This document shows positions 49,513 through 62,000 of a DNA stretch of 62,000 nt, piece by piece. This DNA comes from Octopus bimaculoides (Eukaryota): assembly GCF_001194135.2 (NCBI RefSeq), contig NC_068984.1:144577118-144639117 (forward strand), given 5' to 3'. The notes beneath the pieces are model-generated. The model made no database searches, had not been told where the DNA came from, and saw only the letters and a program-made list of their open reading frames with translations. The position numbers and the translations under genes were made by a program. Positions within the stretch are counted from its first letter, which is position 1. Every line of letters begins with the position of its first letter.

Positions 49513-51242
49513 TATGTTAAAGTTTTACATTAATCTGATGGCTGATCTATACTTTTGTACAATACAAGTTTATTATTCTTAAAGCCATCGTAGGACCAAA
49601 TATTTTCAGGTAAAAATAGAAAAAATAAATAAATAAATTGTGCGATGTCACGTATGGATCCTCTTCAAAACAATTCAACATACAAGACTGTGTTTTTCTG
49701 TTTATCTCCCGACGCTGTTTGACAACTTATGCTAGTTTNNNNNNNNNNNNNNNNNNNNNNNNNNNNNNNNNNNNNNNNNNNNNNNNNNNNNNNNNNNNNN
49801 NNNNNNNNNNNNNNNNNNNNNNNNNNNNNNNNNNNNNNNNNNNNNNNNNNNNNNNNNNNNNNNNNNNNNNNNNNNNNNNNNNNNNNNNNNNNNNNNNNNN
49901 NNNNNNNNNNNNNNNNNNNNNNNNNNNNNNNNNNNNNNNNNNNNNNNNNNNNNNNNNNNNNNNNNNNNNNNNNNNNNNNNNNNNNNNNNNNNNNNNNNNN
50001 NNNNNNNNNNNNNNNNNNNNNNNNNNNNNNNNNNNNNNNNNNNNNNNNNNNNNNNNNNNNNNNNNNNNNNNNNNNNNNNNNNNNNNNNNNNNNNNNNNNN
50101 NNNNNNNNNNNNNNNNNNNNNNNNNNNNNNNNNNNNNNNNNNNNNNNNNNNNNNNNNNNNNNNNNNNNNNNNNNNNNNNNNNNNNNNNNNNNNNNNNNNN
50201 NNNNNNNNNNNNNNNNNNNNNNNNNNNNNNNNNNNNNNNNNNNNNNNNNNNNNNNNNNNNNNNNNNNNNNNNNNNNNNNNNNNNNNNNNNNNNNNNNNNN
50301 NNNNNNNNNNNNNNNNNNNNNNNNNNNNNNNNNNNNNNNNNNNNNNNNNNNNNNNNNNNNNNNNNNNNNNNNNNNNNNNNNNNNNNNNNNNNNNNNNNNN
50401 NNNNNNNNNNNNNNNNNNNNNNNNNNNNNNNNNNNNNNNNNNNNNNNNNNNNNNNNNNNNNNNNNNNNNNNNNNNNNNNNNNNNNNNNNNNNNNNNNNNN
50501 NNNNNNNNNNNNNNNNNNNNNNNNNNNNNNNNNNNNNNNNNNNNNNNNNNNNNNNNNNNNNNNNNNNNNNNNNNNNNNNNNNNNNNNNNNNNNNNNNNNN
50601 NNNNNNNNNNNNNNNNNNNNNNNNNNNNNNNNNNNNNNNNNNNNNNNNNNNNNNGTGTAACTTTCATAAGGTGGCCATAAATAAAATGATATCTATTTAA
50701 TAAGAAGAAGCGTTATAAAACTAGTTAGAAATAATAAAACTGTGACGTGGAAGATAGTATTAGGCGAATCTTAATATCATTTTAATTCATTTCGGAAATT
50801 ACGTGAAAAAAAAAAAAAAAGAAATTCTATGTTTCGTTATATCACGACTTCATAAGCGAAGCATATCCAACACCTTAGTTATCGATGCAGAAAGGAAAGA
50901 ATCATCATGATGTTAAATCTAGAAGATTCCATACATGTTGGCAAAAAAAAAAAATATTGCTAAGAAAATAAATAATTCATTGAACGTGAAAAACAATTTT
51001 GTTGTATCCACTTGATACATTAGTGGACAATAGCGTCGTGGCTTATAGGTTTACAACTGGCTCGCTGTATGAATTTATTGTTAATATATTTAGTGCAGGA
51101 ATCATTAAAAAATAAAAGAGGGAAAGGATCGATATTTAATATGAATAATTATTGATTAAATATTTCTTTATTTCAGCCAAGTACGGGGAGACAACTCCAG
51201 TCACATTTTGGTCTTGACATTAAATTAAGTTGCCACGAGTAA

Positions 51243-51352
51243 TTCTTTCTTTCTTTCCTTCTTTCTTTCTTTCCTTCTTTCTTTCTTTCTTTCCTTCTTT
51301 CTTTCTTTCCTTCTTTCTTTCTTTCCTTCTTTCTTTCTTTCTTTCTTTCTTT
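51243..51352. repeat. (TTTC/TTCC)n microsatellite
   Basis: Directly visible. Confidence 0.95.
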
Positions 51353-51539
51353 CTGGAAAGAGAGCCAGTTTCTAACCTTGAGCCAAGACCCCTTCACTGG
51401 CATTTTAACAGCATAAAGATGTTTGTGTTCTATATTTCGAATAAATGCATGTACAGATCTGTATATTTTGTCCTTATATGTGCATACTCATATAATTTTA
51501 TGTCTAGACGTCCATATGCACATATATGTTAAAGTTTTA

Positions 51540-51730
51540 TATATTTTGATAGTTCCATTGATGGCTTGTATCATCTAATCTTCTAATTAGCTTTCTTCTA
51601 TCTGGTTTTGAGGAGCCTAATTTCTCAAGATTGGTACCGACATCGTTTGCTACACATCCCAATGCCCCAATAATTACAGGTATAAATCTGAAGATGTAAT
51701 CCAGGTAGAATAGCTGTAAATTTCTCAGTA
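51540..51730 (-). mobile_element. RLE-type (R4/NeSL-like) non-LTR fragment
   Basis: LRNLQLFYLDYIFRFIPVIIGALGCV resembles the RLE C-terminal IPxIIGALG motif. Confidence 0.55.
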
Positions 51731-53164
51731 TCACAAGCTGGATGTTTTCTTTTTTTGCTAATCTTTAGCTTTATGTTGACTCCTCCACTGGACAACTATT
51801 TTCTACTGTTGTATAGAGTTTCTCTTCTCTGTCCCAAATTACTGCCTGATTATGTTTGCATTATATTGAGATTTTCACTAGAACATTCCATCGATATTCT
51901 TTTTTTCTCAACTACACCTTCGATATTTATGCCCTCTAATGCCTTTGACTGTTCACCTACATATCAGGCTGTTCCTGGAAAAAAAAAAGGAAACAAAAAA
52001 TCGTCAAATTAAACCCATACACCATGAACATTAAATTTTTTTTCTTTTTTAAAGGTTTGTTCCCATTGTTTTGAAATGTGGGATACAAGACAAAGTTGGA
52101 AAAATCCCGATGAAAACAGGGAAATTCCAACCTACGTCAGATATTCCAAAATGTCCACTCTGAGTAATATAGAAGTAGCCATTCGAAAAATACACAATAT
52201 TCTAAACTTTTTGCCAGATTCCTACCGTGAGGTAACTGTCAACATTGAAAAAGCACAGTGTTTAATGAAATTAAAAGGATTTTAAACTTCTTAAAATTAG
52301 TCCGGTCCAACTGCACGACGAAAAAACAAAATTATATCAATAAATGAATTTTTTGACTTCTCATTGATAAAAAGGGAAGATGAAAGGGCTAAAATATTCC
52401 TCAACATTTTAGATTTGAGGCGCTGGTATTTATGTACCAGGTGAGAACCGATATGAACAGTTTCTTTTTTTTGTTCGGAGAGTTTTACATTTCTTTTAAT
52501 GTGTTTGAAAAACTCTGGCTATGAATTCGAAATGATACGATTAAATTGTTCAATGCATTATGTAAATGAAGAGATACATCTTCCACTACGTAACCAAAGA
52601 TTATTACTACAATATAGTAGTTTGAAAAACAATACCTGCACCTCAAAGAATGTATCGAAGGTGGCTTGTGGATTTTGCAGTTAAAACTAAAATATTGGCT
52701 ACTTTAAGACACCTTCACAAGGTTGAATTTCCTGAAAACGGTTACCTTGAATGCAGACAGCAAGAACTTTCTCTTTTCGCTCCATTACTAACGCTTGATA
52801 CTAATGAAGAAGAAAAATAAAATAAAAATATACATTCCATCAATTTCTTCCAGACTGTAATTATTTTCTATCTATAAGAAATATCTACTTCATAAAATAA
52901 ATTAATATGGCTCAGGTTGCATAATGCTGATGATTTCTAAAAAGATTGAAATAGTGCTACACATGATTACCACTAATTAGAAATTTTACGACCTTCGAAA
53001 TAAGTAAGAAAAAAAGAAGCAAAAATTAAATGTTTATTCTTTGCATCTTGTTCCTTATTTCTTCATTTCATATCCAAAATTCTAACCCCGCCAAATATTT
53101 GTAAAGTAATGACAATCTCCCTTGTAATAACTGTCCGCCAGGGGACCAAGTCTACTTGACCAGG

Positions 53165-53340
53165 ATGAAGGCGCACATGGCTTAGTGCCTAAAGTGTTTG
53201 GCTCATAGTCGTAAGGTTGTGCGTTTGATTCCGGGACCCGTACAGCGTGCTGTGTTCTTGAACAAGACACTTCACTTTACTTTTCTCAAATCTACTCAGC
53301 TGTAAATGATTACCAATTGACTGGTACAGCCCTCCTTAGA
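53165..53340 (+). mobile_element. Third tRNA-derived SINE family (CTTGAACAAGACACTT central block)
   Basis: GGCTTAGTGCCTAA A-box-like and GTTTGATTCC B-box-like; reverse copy at about 28170-28340. Confidence 0.65.
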
Positions 53341-54899
53341 GATTGTGCTATCGGGTCAAAAGAAAGGCGTTGAGACGGTGTTTGTTGTTTGCTTGCGACC
53401 CCTTACAGTAGCATGACTAGCGTGTGTGCTGTCTGGGGACAGCCCTTAAGTTTTCAGGCCCGGGTCGCTAAGCCTATGAAGACTAAGACAGCAGACCCCA
53501 AAGTGCTATCTCTTAGCCCCGACCCTAGCAACGCTATCGGTCTCATAGACATCAAACCAAACTTGCTCAAAAATTGACGACTGGCTATACTTATTATTAC
53601 TTGCCTGACCCGAAGAAGATAAAACTACGAAATATAAGGAGAAGGCGCAAAATGGTAAGTGGGGCAAAATGAGTAATTTCGGATTTCCCATTATTTTTTT
53701 TTTTTACTTATTTGAAACTGTTACATTGCAAGTATTACATCATCTTTGAGAATAAAAATTGGTCAGTATAGTTGTAGTTGAGAGAGAGAGAGTTTGAAAC
53801 GTAGTCAAGTGACAGGTCCTCTTTTTACAAGAAGTTTTTCTTCAGATTCAATTGTAATTGACGCTGCTAATAAAATATCTGGATAATTTTTTGTGTTTAA
53901 CTATTAAAATTCTTTACTGTTAGATTCCAAGTCACTAATATGATAATTTTCAATTTTCAAAAATGTTTGAAGTGGGGGCAAAGTGAGTAATGACTAGTTC
54001 CAATAACTTCTTCTCTTTAACTGCTTGGTGTGTAAATATATCAGAAAGAGAGCAATGTATGTGTGTGTATATGTTTGTGTGTCTGTGTTTGTCCCCCCCA
54101 ACATCGCTTGACAACCGGTGCTGGTGTGCTTACGTCCCCGTAATTTAGTGGTTCGGCNNNNNNNNNNACATCGCTTGACAACCGGTGCTGGTGTGCTTAC
54201 GTCCCCGTAATTTAGTGGTTCGGCAAAAGAGACCGATAGAATAAGTACTAGGCTAACGAAGAATAAGTCCTGAGGTCGATTTACTTGACTAAAGGCGGTG
54301 CTCCAGCATGGCCGCAGTCAAATGACTGAAACAAGTAAAAGAGTGTGCCATGTTTCCCTGATCCTCATTTATTTTTGCAACTTTTGCAGCATTTCTGATC
54401 GCAGAGATATTAAAGTGTATTTCTCTTTTTTCAAATTTAATTCTGAAGAATCGAAGAGGCAAATTTACCCTATTTTGTCTTATTCCTTTTGATCCCAACT
54501 AAATCTGTCTTTTGTATGCTGAAAGAGAACAATGATAATTTTCTGAAATAGCATTCTGAATATGTTGCAGTGTTTTCAAGGCATTTAGAGAAAGTCATTT
54601 TTTTTCAATACATTTGGAGAAGATCAATTTTTGTTTCTGCGTGCGCACGCACACAAATATATATACATGCACATAAACACATACATAGCTATACTTACAT
54701 ACACAAATATACACACATACATACACAAAAGAATACATAAACATAAGCAGTTCAGCTAAGAAAATTAAAGAAATAAAAACAAATTATGGAAATTGTCGAA
54801 TACTTTCAGCTTTGATATACTTTCTCCGAAAGATCGCTTAGTTTTTGTACATATTTAAAGTGAGAATAAATATTTTAAAAAATTATCCTTAAGAAAAAG

Positions 54900-55133
54900 A
54901 AAAAAAATATTTTGTCCGTTTCGCACACACATTCATGCAACTCTTTCTCGCCGTTTAAGGATTCAATCCCGGTTAGTGTTGAAAGGGATTGCGACACGCC
55001 CCCACTGACTGAACACGATTAGACTTTGAACTTTAACGAGCGGAACAAACCAACAGCGTAACTACATTTAGCGTAACACCGTCACTTGGTTAGAAACTTG
55101 TGTTCGTCTTGTCTGATCTCTTTTCCTTTCAAA
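54900..55133 (+). promoter_or_regulatory. Promoter/5' UTR candidate of the HACD-like gene
   Basis: CpG-retaining non-repetitive DNA with a CACGCCCCC Sp/KLF-type box (54995-55003) just upstream of the ATG. Confidence 0.4.
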
Positions 55134-55192
55134 ATGACAGAAGAAATTTATAAAACCTATCTGATTGCATATAACTGCAATATGATCATGGG
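55134..55192 (+). CDS. HACD: Probable first coding exon of an HACD1/2-like (PTPLA/B, PHS1) very-long-chain 3-hydroxyacyl-CoA dehydratase: MTEEIYKTYLIAYNCNMIM+G
   Basis: ttcaaaATG start; ATGGG|GTAAGC donor. YLIAYNxxMxxG has the same spacing as HACD2 YLVIYNVVMTAG(W) (recalled). It lies in CpG-retaining promoter-like DNA. Only 20 codons, and no second exon was found in the window. Confidence 0.62.
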
Positions 55193-55293
55193 GTAAGCGT
55201 TTCTTTAGTATCTATTATACCAACACAGATTGTTGCTACTGATTTTGCTTTAATTATTTATCTGCTTTCCTACTTACCACTCTTAGCTAGCCA

Positions 55294-55328
<35 letters not shown>

Positions 55329-55458
55329 GTGTGTGTGTATATATATAATATATATATACACACACACACACATATATTATATATATATATACACACACAT
55401 ATATAATATATACACACACACATATATACACACACACACATATATATATAATATATAT

Positions 55459-55525
<67 letters not shown>

Positions 55526-55960
55526 NNNNNNNNNNNNNNNNNNNNNNNNNNNNNNNNNNNNNNNNNNNNNNNNNNNNNNNNNNNNNNNNNNNNNNNNNNN
55601 NNNNNNNNNNNNNNNNNNNNNNNNNNNNNNNNNNNNNNNNNNNNNNNNNNNNNNNNNNNNNNNNNNNNNNNNNNNNNNNNNNNNNNNNNNNNNNNNNNNN
55701 NNNNNNNNNNNNNNNNNNNNNNNNNNNNNNNNNNNNNNNNNNNNNNNNNNNNNGTGCGTTGGCACTTATCAAACTGGTCACAGGTTGAAAGTCTACTTGC
55801 AGGCTTTCGACCTGTGACTAGTTCGATAAGTGCCAACGCACAAAACTCTCGGCTCTTGAGTCACTCTGTTACTTCTGCTAAATATTAATAAAAACATACA
55901 TATACTCATATTTTGAGCTCTATTTTGTCTGTTTGCATCAACACACACACACACACACAC

Positions 55961-56275
55961 ATTGTTGTGTTTCGGGACGGTCATTTTTTTTTATTTTCCA
56001 AATAAACACACGCACTATATATTCGTTCTTCACGCGTTTATTACTGTTATTATTGTAACTCATGTCCATTGTCCGGCTCTTTCTCTGCTTATTCCATTCT
56101 GGAATGCACGAAGACGGAAAGTGTCTCTGAGGAGGTCACAGATGTGTGACGAAAGATTTCCGGACAACGGACATGAGTTAGAATAGGAACAGTTATAAAC
56201 GAGTGAAGAACGAATATATATAGTGCGTGTGTTTATTTGACAAAAAGAAAAATGACCGTCCCGAAATACAACAAT
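55961..56275. mobile_element. MITE/foldback element with about 115-bp terminal inverted repeats
   Basis: 55961-56076 (attgttgtgtttcgggacggtcatttt...catgtccattgtccgg) is the imperfect reverse complement of 56160-56275. Confidence 0.8.
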
Positions 56276-58561
56276 ATCTGTTTCAACGCACTATTTCACA
56301 TCAGGAATCATGTAATATATCTTTATATAACACATATATATATTTCGGACATGTACATGCCAGGCATGAGTATCGAAACTAGATCATTTACAACCATTCG
56401 AAAACACACAAGATATATGATGTCAAAATTTTCGTTGCACCAATTAGAATCTCCCTGACACGATTCCACTGCATATATTTTTATATCTCTTTATATATCC
56501 CTCATATTGCAGAATAACTATTCTAGTCATTTAATAATACACAGAGCGATTAAGTTCTCTTTAAATTTACTTAATGAAGTGCCTACATTTTTCGTCCTTT
56601 CACTCAGTGAGTGGGTTGCAGTCGTACGGCGAAAATGATTATGCATGAAATTATAAACTTTGAAGTGAATTTCATTTTGTGTGTTATTAAGTGGCTTTTC
56701 CACGCTGTACTTGCTTGTTTGAAATCATGCATGGTCTCGGATTGAGTTACTCACTAGACTCATTGAACCCTGTGTGTGTGTGTGTGTGTGTACAGATGAT
56801 CGGATTGCCTATGTTCAGGGCACTGCAGGAAGGCCCCTGTGTGTTCTCCATCAACCACGGTTTGAGCTTCAGATCATACTTGGTTTGATGAGCTTACTCT
56901 GTCACACTGGTTCAACATGGCTGGCAGAGGAATGCAGTCTGCCTTACTCTTACCCAGGAGTAGTTAAGTCGATTATATTGATCCCAGTGCTCAACTGGTC
57001 CTTATTTTATCGACCCCGAAAGGGATGAAAGGCAAAGTTGGCCTCGGCAGAATTTGAACTCAGAACAAGGACAGATGAATTATCTCTGAGCACTTCACCT
57101 GGCCAGGTCGCCATCACCCCTCTCTATCTATCTATCTATCTATCTATCTATATATATATATATGAAGATAGATAGATAGATAGATAGATGCACACACACA
57201 TAACTTTATTTAAATGCTGGATTAATCATCAATCATCTTAATACGATGAAATCGTTAATCTCTGCATTTGAACTAAGTTCTATAGACTGCATGGCAAACA
57301 CATACCTACGCAAACACTCTCTCACCCATACAGAAGATATTTACAATTTTTTACACATGGTATTTCTCACAAAAATTGGCTGTGGTTTTCGTGATTCCCA
57401 TCCAACATTAGATCTGAAGAAATCTTCAAGAAAGTCTGACCCTGTGTATCAAATTGAAAAGCTCTCAAAATATTTACATACATCATGAGGTGTATCTGTT
57501 TCTGAGCCTAAAACGAGATATCCATTAAATGCATGTACGCCTCTGTTTCCTTACATAGGCAAGCAAATAGAGAAATAGCTATTTAATTGCCTATATGTAT
57601 TTTGGCAACAGGAAGGGCATTTAACTATAGTAAATCTGCTTCGGCAGATTCCCTCCGACCCTTGCAAACCATGGAAACGTGGATGTTAAAATGATGATGA
57701 TGATATATGATCAAACCTATCTTGTTGTCCTAAATAAAGTTACACAGCTAACCATGTCAGGATTAAAGCGGGTACTTCTTTTTTTTTTTATCAAGTTGCT
57801 GTATGTCTTTTGTAAATTCCCAATCAAGTTAACTGGGTCACTACAGACAAAAAATGTTTACCTGACCAATGCAGTTTGCTGTCCTTCTTAATCACTCTGT
57901 CACTCATACCTGCCCACACCGTCTTCTGCACCTTAATTAGCAATCAGCTTTTACAGACAGCCACTTAAACTGTTGTTGTTGTTGCTGTCGTTTTCGTCGA
58001 GTAGAACTAATCAACTCTGTTTAGAAATATCTATTGATATGAAGATTGTTGATTAAACACTCACCAATAATCTTGACCTTCAGTTGTTGTTTAACCCTAG
58101 GTCAGTCCAGTCAGTCAGTTCATGACATCTAGCAGAACTATGATCAAAGGCAATCTAATTCAAATCCTCGTTGACATTGACTTTACCTCACATCCTTCTG
58201 AGGATCACCAATGAGATCTATTGTTGAGGTGTGTGTACATTTTTCAACGATTCATTCACCACTGATCCACAATAACATGGTATGCTGGTTGTGAACCATG
58301 TCGTACCTATCATGAGTTGATCTGTGATAACATAAATCAGCGATAAGGCAAAGATCCTGCTTGGCCCACACAGGCCCTGGCAACCATCTACAATGCTGAG
58401 GATAATTTGGGGTCTCAGAACAAACCCCCTGCTTCCCACAAGTTCTGTTATTCATTTATCATTGTTTCATTTAATGCTGTGTTCTTTTGGAACCAAACAC
58501 CTGTGATAAATGATAGTAATTATTAGAAGGTTAAGGTGTTGGATTAGTATAATCTTTAGAG

Positions 58562-58677
58562 CAGGCATGGCCAACCATTTTCTAGAAAAGGGCCACACTA
58601 CTAAAAAAATTCAAGGTAGTCTTTTATTAGGTATGCCATCCAGAAAGTTTCAGGGGCCACAAGCTGACCATAGCTGC
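58562..58677. mobile_element. hAT-type MITE
   Basis: 8-bp direct repeat CTTTAGAG on both sides (58554-58561, 58678-58685); imperfect TIRs CAGGCATGGCCAAC / GCTGACCATAGCTG. Confidence 0.55.
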
Positions 58678-59109
58678 CTTTAGAGGGTCAGCTCTTTATG
58701 TTTTGAGTTCAAATTCCAATGAAGTCAACTTTGCTTTTCATCTGTCCAGGATCAATGAAATAAAGTACCAGTCCAATACTGGGGTCAATATAATCAAGAA
58801 ACTCCCTCCTTTCCAAAATTTCTGACCTTGTGCCAATGCTAGAGACAATTATTACAGGAGACGTTGTCTATTGTGATCACTTTGACTTAAACCCTTTCAA
58901 TAACATTAAACAAAGACTTTGGGACCTTCTAATTTTGATAATAAGAACTAGTTAATAACATTATCTGTGGTTGTAATGTATGACTGCTATTTCTAGCGAA
59001 TTGAGTGACCACTTGTTGGTTCAAAGTTTTTACCTGTTTCTCAGCCAGGTGCACAGAATCAGAACACATCAATGTCACATTGTGTATATCAGACATGGCA
59101 CGATTCTTT

Positions 59110-59555
59110 CTGCTATGGGCACAAGGCCTGGATTTTGCAGGGAGGGGGACAGTCGATCACATCGACCCCAGTACTCAAATGGTACTTAATTTATCGACCC
59201 CGAAAAGATAAAAGGCAAAGCCGATCTCAGCGGAATTTGAACTCAGAACATAAAGACAGAAGAAATACCGCTAAGCATTTTGACTGGCATGGTAAAAATT
59301 CTGTCTGTTCGTTACCTTGTGTTTTCACTGCCTTGACACTAAATATATTCTTTTCTACTGTAAGCACAAGGCCCAAAATTTTGGGGGAGGGGGCCAGTCG
59401 ATTAGATCGACCCTAGTACACAACTGGTGATTAATTTATCGACCCCGAAAGGATAAAAGGCCACGTCGACCTCAGCGTAATTTGAACTCAGAACATAGTG
59501 GCAGATGAAATATTGCTAAGCATTTCACCTGCTGTGCTAACGATTCTACCAGCTT
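59110..59555 (-). mobile_element. Two tandem SINE family B copies
   Basis: The block GGCACAAGGCC...CGACCCCGAAAGGATAAAAGG...GCTAAGCATTT occurs twice in direct orientation. Confidence 0.8.
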
Positions 59556-59814
59556 CAGACACGGCACAATAGCTCGTTAGGAAGGTTTTCAATTGCAGTC
59601 CTTTAATTCCATCATTTCTCCAGCCATACGTTGTTTATACATGCTCACACACACCTGTCCCTCTCCAGCTCTATGGCTTTAGCCATTCACACACACGCAC
59701 ACGCACACACACACACACACACACACTGTCCGGCAATGGCTTAACTGGCTGAAACTTCAAAGTCACAGTCAGTAATATTCTAGTTAAAGAATAAAATATA
59801 TATATCATCATCAT

Positions 59815-60160
59815 CAGGCGTAGGTGTGGCTGTGTGGTAAGAAGCTTGCTTCCCAACCACATGGTTCTGGGTTCAGTCCCACTGTGTGACACCTTAAGCA
59901 AGTGCCGACCAGCACCTTGTGAGTGGGATTTGGTAGATGGAAACTGAAAAAAGCCTGTCTTATATGTATGTATATATTTGTATGTCTGTGTTTGTTCCCC
60001 CACCATCGCTTGACAACCGATGTTGGTGTGTTTATGTCCCCATAACTTAGCCAATAGAATAAGTACTAGGTTTATAAAGAATAAGTCCTGGGGTCTATTT
60101 GTTCGACTAAAGGCGGTGCTCCAGCATGGCTGCAGTCAAGTGACTGAAACAAGTAAAAGT
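59815..60160 (+). mobile_element. SINE family A
   Basis: GGCGTAGGTGTGGCTGTGTGGTAAGAAGCTTGC head through to GACTGAAACAAGTAAAAG tail. Confidence 0.85.
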
Positions 60161-60172
60161 ATATATATATTT

Positions 60173-60245
<73 letters not shown>

Positions 60246-61622
60246 TAATTAGGATAGTTGACAACAAGGCAGATCCATTGTATTAAATTCTCTTTAGCTC
60301 TTCTCTTTAATTAAGCAGCTTAAACTGAATTAATTGGGTCCTATGTTTATCCTTCTGTCTGGAAGATTAGTGAATGTGCTTTAGCTTCAGAGATTAAGGC
60401 TTAAACTGTGGTCAATGTGCAATCATTCAGCACTGATAATACTATCAATGGTTGTTGTTGTTGCTACTACTACTACTAGTGATTTTGTCAGCTTGCTGCC
60501 TTACCACCACCACCACTACCACCACACTGTTGCTGCTGCTGTTGTTGCACTAATATAGCTGCTTATGCTGTTGGTTCAAATCTTGGCTTTGCATACAATG
60601 ATTCTTTTGTATGAAGAGGTTGTTGTTAATGTTGTTTAGTCTCCAAGTCAGCCCTGATCAAAACCGACCCTTTAAACCAAAGATGTTCCATGATTGCTCC
60701 ATCTTTTTTGATCATCATCATCATCATCGTTTTAACGTCAGCTTTCCCTGCTGGCATGGGTTGGACTGTTTGACTGAAGGCTGGCGAGCCAGAAGGCTGC
60801 ACCAGGCTCCAACCTGATCTGGCAAAGTTTCTACAGCTGGATGCCATTCCTAATGCCAACCACTCCGAGAGTGTAGTGGGTGCTTTTTACGTCCCACCAC
60901 CATGGGAGCCAGTCAGCTGACACTGGCACTGATCATGCTCGAATGGTGCTTTTATGTGCCACTGGCACGGGTGCCATTCAGGTGGTACTATCATTGGCCA
61001 CGACAATAACTTCACTTGACTCAACAGGTCTTCGCAAGCGCAGTTTATTGCCCAATGATCGAAGGGTACCCTTAAATGGGCTGGTTATGCTGCACTGGCA
61101 TAGGCCACAGTTACGGTCTCACTTGGACTGTCGGGTCTTCTCAAGCACAGCATATCTCCAGTAAATCCAAAATAGCATTTTCCAATGTATCTTTCTGCTT
61201 TTAAAGCAATACAGTATTATTTGAGGAAGATTTGGCTGCTATGTCTAGCATAGAGAGGTTCCCTCAATGTTGAGGTAGACAAATTTGTTGTTTAGCTTCG
61301 TTAGCTGTGATCAAAGTCGATTGGATGCAACCATGATCATCCCATCTATTTAGGCTTTGTGTATCTAGGACTACATAACCTAATGTCTGATTCTATTGTT
61401 AATGATGCTAGGTGTGATTTTGAGGGAGATTTGGCTGCTGTTTCTAATGAGTTCAATGATTTGGTAGAAATTTTCTTGTTGATGTGTTAGGGTTCCATTT
61501 CAGATGTTATGATTACAAAATTGATTGAAGAAAAGATTCTAAAATATTTTAATCTCTTAATCTGTTTTAATGCTTGGATTTAACAAAATACATGATTGAT
61601 ATCAGCACCTCTCTCTCTCTCT

Positions 61623-62000
61623 CTCAAAATATCTGGCAGTGTTGGCTATAGCCTAGTCACCCGTATTACGAACCAGGTGATACACGAAGGAGTCATACCC
61701 TATGACTGGTGTAGCAGCATCATAGTCAACTGCTACAAAGGTAAAGGGGACGCTTTAGATACAAATAATTACAGAAGCATCAAGCTGTTAGATCAGGTTA
61801 TGAAAGTTACAGAGAGGGTCATAGCCCAACTAATTAGGGAGCGAATCAATTTAGATGAGATGCAGTTTGGGTTCGTGCCAGGTAAAAGCACTACTGATGC
61901 CTTATTTCTAGTGAGACAGTTGCAAGAGAAATACCTAGCTAAGGATAAACCTCTGTACCTGGCTTTCGTTGACATGGAGAAAGCCTTTGACAGGGTCCCC
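61623..62000 (+). mobile_element. RTE LINE reverse transcriptase region, open to the window end
   Basis: Uninterrupted frame ...DWCSSIIVNCYKGKGDALDTNNYRSIKLLDQVMKVTERVI...MQFGFVPGKSTTDALFLVRQLQEKYLAKDKPLYLAFVDMEKAFDRVP. Confidence 0.93.

Noticed and set aside
52920-52965. CTGATGA...GAAA as another hammerhead
   Set aside because: No convincing stem II, stem III or stem I. Other CTGATGA hits (21795, 36539, 42579, 43930) lack a downstream stem plus GAAA.
53655-53995. Direct repeats AAGTGGGGCAAAATGAGTAAT as a regulatory pair
   Set aside because: More likely subterminal repeats of a decayed DNA transposon; no matching inverted end was found, so it was not called.
1967-55836. Long ORF-track entries (200-370 aa) and YIYI/HTHT/poly-X ORFs
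   Set aside because: They are read-throughs of N gaps and microsatellites, with no domain signal.
55200-62000. Second exon of the HACD-like gene
   Set aside because: No acceptor followed by N-TGG and a hydrophobic open frame was found; it is presumably beyond the window or in the gap.

Overview
Animal genomic DNA from a gapped draft assembly with many N runs. The SINE/RTE/MITE families and microsatellite load point to a coleoid cephalopod, probably Octopus (inference). Main content: (1) twelve consecutive minus-strand coding exons (27868 to 1830, 1237 nt, about 412 aa, all GT-AG with consistent phases) of an ORP1L/OSBPL1A-like gene covering the ankyrin repeats, PH domain and start of the coiled region; the 3' (ORD) half lies left of the window. 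(2) A CpG-retaining block at about 46-56.5 kb with a motif-rich promoter candidate near 47.0 kb. (3) A probable first coding exon (55134-55192, +) of a divergently transcribed HACD1/2-like 3-hydroxyacyl-CoA dehydratase, missed by the ORF track. The rest is intronic or intergenic: SINEs, RTE LINE pieces, RLE-type and Tx1-like LINE relics, mariner relics, piggyBac/hAT/Tc1 MITEs and microsatellites. Almost all ORF-track entries are spurious. The best leads for something undescribed are a tRNA-headed SINE carrying a Penelope-type minimal hammerhead ribozyme fold (19142-19415, with an inverted second copy), a densely structured 220-nt segment at 26130-26350, and intronic elements that could affect splicing or editing of the ORP1L pre-mRNA. 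No database search or folding program was run. Homology calls come from recalled family motifs, and repeat boundaries are approximate.
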